From: the human T2T-CHM13v2.0 reference genome, Homo sapiens | Assembly: GCF_009914755.1 (NCBI RefSeq) | Contig: NC_060931.1 | Reading direction: 5' to 3' (one strand) | DNA length: 64,000 bases | Shown here: piece after piece, positions 56,611 to 64,000 of the stretch | How the letters are laid out: every line of letters starts with the position of its first letter | How positions within the stretch are numbered: the stretch's first letter is position 1 | Notes under the pieces: generated by a model | The model's input: the letters and a program-made list of their open reading frames with translations, nothing else | Databases searched by the model: none | What the model was told of the DNA's origin: nothing | Position numbers and translations under genes: made by a program

Positions 56611-56989
56611 TTAGTAATGTAATTCAAATAACAGTGCCTCCCTTCTTCCTGGGACTCTACTTTATCTGTTGTCATTGTTGCTGTTGCTGCTGCTGCTGTT
56701 ATTTTGGTAGAGCCACCTGCTCCCCACACCTGCTACCCCCCAAAGCTCTCAGCAGCTTGGGAGCTGAGCACAATCTGGGGCGCAGGCCTCGTCAAGGCCC
56801 TGACGAATGGATCATTTTATTGCTATGTTCATGTTGGTTGGCAAGTATAGATTCCCACTGAGGCTCATTTTGCGGGTCGGGATCTGAGGGCCCTGCCCTC
56901 TAGATAGTACTAGATAGATCTGCAGCCACATTTCTTGAAAAGTTCCAATATAAGAAAGACTTTCCATGTAGGGTGAAAGCCTACTAATA

Positions 56990-57165
56990 GATCTACTAAA
57001 TAGAATTGTTTTTCTATTCAAAAAAGGAATCAGATGATGTTGATAATGTATTATGCTTGTATACAATGTTATCACTGGGGGCAAGTGGCTGAAGGGTACT
57101 AAAGAACTCCGTCTTATATTTGCAACTTCTGTGTCTGAAATTTTCAAAATAAAAAATTATTTTAA
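56990..57165 (+). mobile_element. L1MC/MD 3' terminal fragment
   Basis: atgttatcactggggg.aag...gaagggtac...tttgcaacttctgtg...tttcaaaataaaaa. Confidence 0.65.
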
Positions 57166-57434
57166 GATGAAGAAGGCAGGAGATATTTTAATCAGACAAA
57201 AAAAGGTGCATGAACTAGCAAGTTTCCAATAAGCAGTAGGATCTCTAAGTTTTTACACAAACAATAGCTATTGGAAGGACACTCAGGAATCTATGGAGGT
57301 AAACCATGTCTTTCTTTCACTATGAGATTTTTAGGGGTAAATACATATGGTTAGCAGTGAACTCACAAATAGGGCAGTATGTTTGAATTTTGGGCCACAA
57401 ACTCAAGTGTGCTAGAAATATCATTTTACTGGCC

Positions 57435-59862
57435 TTACTATTTACTGCTACATAAAATTTATTCAAAAACTTAGTAGTTTAAAACATGAGATATTTATTA
57501 TCTAACCATTTCTGTGGGTCAGGAATCTAGGTGCATTTAGCTTTGTTTTCTGGCTCAAGGTGTCTCACAAGGCCTCAGCTTGGGCTGAGGTCTTATCTGA
57601 AGACTCAGCTAGCTGAGGGTTCACTTCTAAGCTCATTTTATGATTGTTGGGCCCGAGGCCTCCCTCTGTTCCTTGCCACATGGGCCTCTCCACAGGGCAG
57701 CTCCCATTATGGCAGCAGGTGCAAATCAGAGTGAGTGAAAGAGCAAGAGAGGATGAACAAGCCAGAAGCTACAGTCTTTTGGTAAATTAGTCACAGAAGT
57801 GAGACCCTATCACTTCTAAATTCTGTTCATTAGCAGAAAGTCCCAAGTTCCAAACACCCTCAAGGCGAGGAGATTACACAGAAACATGAACAGAAGGCAA
57901 GGTTTGCAGGGACCACCTTAGAGTCTGCCAGAGTCCACCCTCTGGCCCCCAGTGATTCACATCCATGACACATGTAAAAGATATTCATGCTTCCCAAGGT
58001 TCCCCAATGTCTCTGCCCATTCAGGTGTCGGCACAAAGTCCACAATCTTATCATCAAGTCCAGGTCCAGATAAGTATAGTTCCTGGGGCCCACCCTCCCT
58101 TGATCTGTGGACCTGGGAAACAAAAGAGAAGAATGATCTGCCCCCATCTCACCCTGTACACACAGGTGGACAGGCAGAGGATAACAGCTATACACATTCT
58201 CATACCCGGGACGTACAAAAGAGTCACCAATCCATTACAGTTCTGAAATCCAGGCAGGAGAATGTTGGGTTTCTTGATTAAGCTTTAAGCCCTTAGAATA
58301 AATGACCTGTGGCTCTTGGCTTTGCCTTCTGAGTTTTAACGCTGCCCTCTGGGTCATCCTTCCATTTTCCTAAAAGGCATTTGCAGGTGAGAAGTTTTAT
58401 CAGCCTTTGTCCTGCCAGTAGAATTTGGGAGTCTGAAGTGGCCTTTTGTTTTACTCTGTCTGTCCCCATTAGTCTAAGCTTGTGATGTTTCTGCTGAAAC
58501 AGTTTTCTCAAATATTCTATGGGCTTTCTGTGGATTTTAATGGGTTCACTCCATTGGACACAAGTCACATCCACAGACCTTTTTGTAATAATACCTCCTC
58601 CACCTTGGCCCCCTGGGCATGAAAGACAGATAGTGCCCTTAAGCTTCCCAGAGGCCCGCTAATTTATTGAGAGGGTCTGTGAAGCACTGAAAGGTATTTT
58701 GTGTGAGTGAATATTCTGAGCTTATATTCCTTCTAAGATTTTGGCAAATGGTTGTATAGTTACACCCTCTGCTTTTCTCCCAGAGTGCATTTTCCTGACA
58801 ATAAATCTCTTCATGTTGGCATCATTGCCATTTGGTGATGCTAAAGAATTTTCAAAGTCCTCAAGTCATGGTTCTGTTTTATGCACAGTTATTCTGTCAA
58901 TATACCTATGCCCTTACATTTTACTATAAGCAGCAAAAAGAAACCAGGCAGCACCTTCAACACTTTGCTTGAAAATCCCTTTCACTATATAGCTAAGTTA
59001 ATCATTTACAAGTTCAGCTTTTCACAGAATTTCAGGAGACAGTTTCATTGAGCGTTTTGCCACTATATAATAAGATTCTGCTTCTTCCAGTATCTAATAA
59101 CGTGCTTCTCCTTTTCTTTAGAGATCCCAATGACAGTGCCAAAGTCTCCATAGCTAATAACAGTCTGTCCAAGATTCTTTAGGCATTGTCTATTACACTC
59201 CTCAAAATTCTTCCAGCCCCCGACCATGGCCTGCTTCCAAAGCCACTGCCCCATTTGTAGGGATTTGTGACAGCCCCCAACCACTTCTAGATACCAAAAT
59301 CTGTATTAGTTATCTAGTGTTACATAACAAATTACCACCGACTTAGCAGCTTAAAATCACACAGCGTCTATGTGTTTGGAGTCTAGACATAGCCTGGCTG
59401 GATTCTGTTTCAGAGTCTTACTAGGGTGCATTCAAGGTGCCATTCAGGCTGCATTCTCTTCTGGAAGATCAACTGGGAAAGGCTCCATTTCCAAGCTTAC
59501 TCGGGTGGCTGGCAGAATTCATTTGTTTGTGATTATATGACTGAAAATTTCCGGGTTTTGCTCCCTGCTGCCTGGATGTGGCCCTCAGCTCCTAGAGGCT
59601 GTCCCACCTTGTGGCTCTCACAGCAGGCAATTCACAACACAGCAGCTTGCTTCTTCAAGGCCAGCGGGAGAGTGAGAGTGAATGTTCTAGCAAGATCAAG
59701 TCTTAGACAACACAATCATGGGACTGACAGCCGATGACTTTTGCTGCATGCTGTAGTCTAGACGAAAGTCACAAGTATCCACCCCATTCAAGAGAGGGAC
59801 TGTCAAAAGGCGTGAGCCCCAGGAAGCAGGGATTGTAGAGGCCACATCAAAATCTGTTCACC
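57435..59862 (-). mobile_element. MaLR (MLT1) LTR-internal-LTR element: LTR ~57435-57930, internal ~57931-59301, LTR ~59302-59862
   Basis: Both LTRs begin with the acttag..g.ttaaaa motif and end with cactcaagg.gagg...gcaggga..ggggcca.ctta-like sequence. The internal part begins agtccaccctctggcccc and ends ccacttct.gataccaaaatc, as in MLT1-int. Confidence 0.8.
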
Positions 59863-59864
59863 GC

Positions 59865-60540
59865 TAATCTCATCAGAAATGTCCTGAAGTATTGGGAAGC
59901 TGCTCACAATGAAAAGCTTCCTAAAATTCCAATTCTTCTTTGGAAACTTAAATTTTATATTTTGAAGAACTATTCAGTTGTTCTGCTTGAAGTGACAGGC
60001 TCATGCCATTCACTTACAAGAAAATCTTTGCCAAAAACACAAGTGTGAATAAACATAGTGTACCTGTCATTCTTTTCAGTAAAAATGGTGTTCCATCAAA
60101 GAAGTGGCTAGATTAGCTTGTAATTCAAATAATTGTTCAAGTGCTTTGCCTCGAGAAAACAGGTACTGTGATATGCTATAGATTTGCTTTATGTCTACTT
60201 CCCATTTTGTCTCACAAAATACCAGATGTTTACTCATGGATTGAGATTATTAAAAAAAAACTAACAACTTCCACTGCTTCATCAAGGACATTCTTAAGTA
60301 AAACTGGAATTTTTAAAAAACTGGGAATGTGTTGCAATGAGAAATACACTGGCTACTAGCATAGTGTGGAGTCACGGTGGTGATTCAGGCACCAGTAGTG
60401 TTACCCACCACTGCTTTTTCACCATCACTGTGCATATGAACACAGGGGAAAGCAAGTAATATCTGGGTTTTAACGTTGCATATCCCCTGAAAGGGGCTTA
60501 AGGAACACAGAGATCTGTGAACCACACTTTGAGAGCTGAT
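59865..60540. mobile_element. Charlie1-type hAT transposon fragment (probably continuing at ~57200-57430 on the other side of the MLT1)
   Basis: aagtattgggaagctg...gaagtgacaggctca...gtaaaaatggtgttcc...ctgcttcatcaaggacattcttaagt...accacactttgaga. Confidence 0.8.
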
Positions 60541-61014
60541 TCAAAAGAACAAGTAGATAAAAAACAAACAGGAAAAAGCATAACTATGCAATTCATGATT
60601 CTTTAAAATCAGTACGCTACTAGAAAAAAATCAATTAGTGCCTCATCATATTAAACACAAAAGATATCTAGACAAAAAGGTGGGAACTTAAATACAAGAG
60701 ATATACAGGATATCTCACCCCTGGCTAGGAGAAGTCTTTCTAAATGGAAAGAAAGAAATCACAAAACACAGATTTGAAGGTTTGACTGATAAAAAATCTA
60801 CTTCCAAGATGGTTATCGCTTCTATTTCAACCTAACTTTACTCTGAGTTGTTCCAAACCCCAAATCCCATTTCTTAAATTTAGCCTGATGTATTTGTGAA
60901 CAATATTATGACTTGAAATGATTTCAAGAATCATACCCATAGACTGCTTTTTGTACTATTTTGAAATATTGCTGAGAGTTTTCTAGTTACACCCTTTCCT
61001 CTGTTGCATGAAGC

Positions 61015-61150
61015 CAGAGCTTCTCACACTGTCACATGCGCTGGAATTACCAGGGGGATCTTGTTAACATGCAGATCCTTGAGGCAGTGGGCCTGGGCTG
61101 GGTCTCCAGTGATGAGGGTGCTGCTGATCCCTAGAAAACACCCAGGAACT
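61015..61150. mobile_element. MER5-family fragment
   Basis: gcttctcacact...ggggatcttgttaacatgcagat. Confidence 0.55.
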
Positions 61151-61906
61151 AAGGTGCTAACAAAAATAAACTTCTGGAGGTCTTGTTAAGGCTATCAACT
61201 TCTTATTTCTCTTAAGCCCATATGGTTCTCTGCTGTTCTTATAAGAATTTTCTCAACACCTAAAGATCTTGTCCTCTACAACAGTGGAACATCCAGGGAC
61301 CAGTTGAGAAAGCATGGTACACCCACTCAATGGAAAACTACGCACCCCTGAAGAGTTATTAGGAATGTTGAGTTCTGCATATAGTACATAGAGATGTTTT
61401 AATGATGATTGTATCTACAGTGTAATTCTAGCTTTATTAAAATATATTATGCTATGTGTTTGTGTGTGTAAACAGAAAGGATGATTAGGAGATAAATACA
61501 CCAGAACATTCTGAGTTGTAGAATTGTGTCTGTTTTCTTCTCCATTTTGCATTGTGAACTTTTCAGATTTTCTTCAATGAGTATATATTACAATAATTAA
61601 ACTTTTATTATATGCATTAAATCTGTTTTAAATTAAGATTGCTCTAATCTTTAGAAGAATCTGTGGTGGAAGCATACTGCAGAGATCCATAAGGAAACTT
61701 TTCACTGTAGTCTCAAGGTGAGATTTCATAAACATAAATTTTCTGAGTTGTAGTTGTTTATTTTAAAAAGACAATAAAGTATTATTTATTTAATATTATG
61801 TTATTTACTTGTTATTTATTTGCTTTATTATTTATTCAATGAAATATTTTATTGACTTTATAGTAAAAAGTAGAGAACATTATCTTTATGAAAAATAAAA
61901 CATAGG

Positions 61907-62190
<284 letters not shown>

Positions 62191-64000
62191 AATTAAAACA
62201 CAGGGAACATGAAGAAGAGACAAGGAACACAGAGATTGTTGAGTTCTAGTACTTTTTAGAGCCAGTTTGGGGTGTTTTATTTTTTGACCCAGGGCCTGTA
62301 CAAAATTTTATGGTTACCTCAGAAAATGTGTTTTTGTTTCTTACGCAAAGTTATCTTTGTTCATTTATTTTCTCCCGTTTAAAGTTAATAACTAATCTTA
62401 AGCTGATAGCATCATTTATCATGTTACCAGGGAAGATTTTTCCCTGCTTTTTAAAAAAAGTCATATTTTCTCTAGAACATTATATAGTACCTACTATGCT
62501 TACATAAATTAGCACTTTTAATTAAATAAAGGAAATACTATATTGGATTCCTCATTTCTGAAACTAGATATCTATGACTTGATTCCTAAATTTGGGTATA
62601 ATTTTAGGAGATCCTTAGTAATAAAGTTTATTGCACAGGCTGCAAGAAAGACAAGCCTGCCTCAGTACCACTGCCAATAAACCAAAACTTGCCAGGTTGG
62701 AAGGTATCACAGCCTTGGCAGGGTACTCAGATTGGGCTCATCATCACTGACATCACTGCCCTGTTGTCTGGCAGTGATCCCAGGTGGGGATCTCTCTGTT
62801 CAGTCTCCCTAACTTATTTTATGCTGAATGAAATAACCAACTCTACCATGTCAAACGAGCCTCACCAGAACAAAAAGGAATTTGTGAACTCCATTCAGTG
62901 GCGAGCAACTTGACTGCTTAGGCAATGCCTGACACAAAAAGGTGCTCAATAGATTATGCAGTGGAATTGAAAAAGAGACTCAGAGAGAGGCTTTGAAATT
63001 AAGGCTCGACTAGGATTAAGTTTTTCCAAAGCAATAAAAAGGCCTAGGAAAAATATTTTTCTCATTTCTATGTGTACAATTCTAAAGTGGATATTATGTG
63101 CATTTTCCACTCTAATTTAGATCAGTTGAAACGAATAAATAATGAAGTGCTGACATATTTATTTTGCATCTACTAAGCTTATCCATTAAAATAGATTTAT
63201 CTGCACCATTTCCCTTAAATTGCAATCATGCCCTGGTTTTACAGCAATTTTCTGTATTTTGTGAAATTATGCCTCCAGATGCTTATCATGCACTTGGGGG
63301 TTGCATTGTTCCACCAGGTCAGAAGCATGTATATAGTCATGCTATTTTTTCCAGATGTGAGAGCTCAACATTCTCTGCATCCCAAACTCCGATAAAATAG
63401 AATTTATCCACTTCTGTGGTCACAGATGTAATGTTATGCATATATGTTGCTTGCTCAAAAATTCCTTTGTAAAATGGGTTTCTGAACGTTTGGTTTCTTA
63501 ACATGCAGATGAAATCTGTATTTGCCTCACAACTACTTTTTAAAGCAATTTCAATAAGTTTGCTCAATTTGGAGTTGGATGAATGACTATTTGCTAAGGA
63601 TTCTGATTCTGAGAGGTTTACTTCTAAATACAATCTTACATGTGTGTAAAACATGGAGACTTTCAATCTGTTTTTTAAAGATTCATTTTCTGTTTGGTCA
63701 TTGTCTTTTCAGCCCCATTTCCTAAATGCAATGCATGCATGATGTTTTCTGAGAGGAATTCGTAATAGGGATTTTCAATTCTTAACCACTTGCCTCTCCA
63801 AACAAACCTAATGGCGCCAGTTGAAAAAAAAAAAGTTTAATTATTTAAGAAAGCTATGTTCAGTACTTTAAAAATAGTATTTGAGTTTTTTAAATTATAA
63901 AAGAGTAGATAGTCATTGTACGCAAAACAACCATATTGTGTGTGAGTGAAGTCAAATATGGAAATCTTCCTCCCTCACACAACACATATACCTCCAGAGA

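Overview
Human genomic DNA containing the 3' half of IKZF1 (Ikaros) on the + strand. It holds the end of intron 3, coding exons 4-8 (7750-8010, 13757-13924, 18562-18687, 22946-23080, 31135-31844), a ~4.5 kb 3'UTR ending near 36.3 kb, and ~27 kb of downstream intergenic DNA rich in old repeats (Alu, MIR, L1, L2, MER, Charlie, MLT1). All exons have canonical AG/GT boundaries and encode what I recognise as wild-type Ikaros. I cannot support any other protein-coding gene, and I found no wholly new biological system. The most interesting signals are: (1) a cryptic 23-RSS in intron 7 (27110-27148) that appears to be built from an ancient antisense L1/HAL1 ORF1 fragment, and a second candidate downstream (47929-47967), both oriented for RAG-mediated IKZF1 deletions; (2) a dense B-lineage enhancer motif cluster at ~41.1-41.9 kb; (3) an unexplained 126-bp, 95% identical dispersed duplication in intron 3; (4) in-frame alternative splice sites at exons 6, 7 and 8; (5) an LTR-internal-LTR MaLR element whose two LTRs differ structurally. 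Repeat subfamily names, SNP identities and literature links are from memory and need confirmation.
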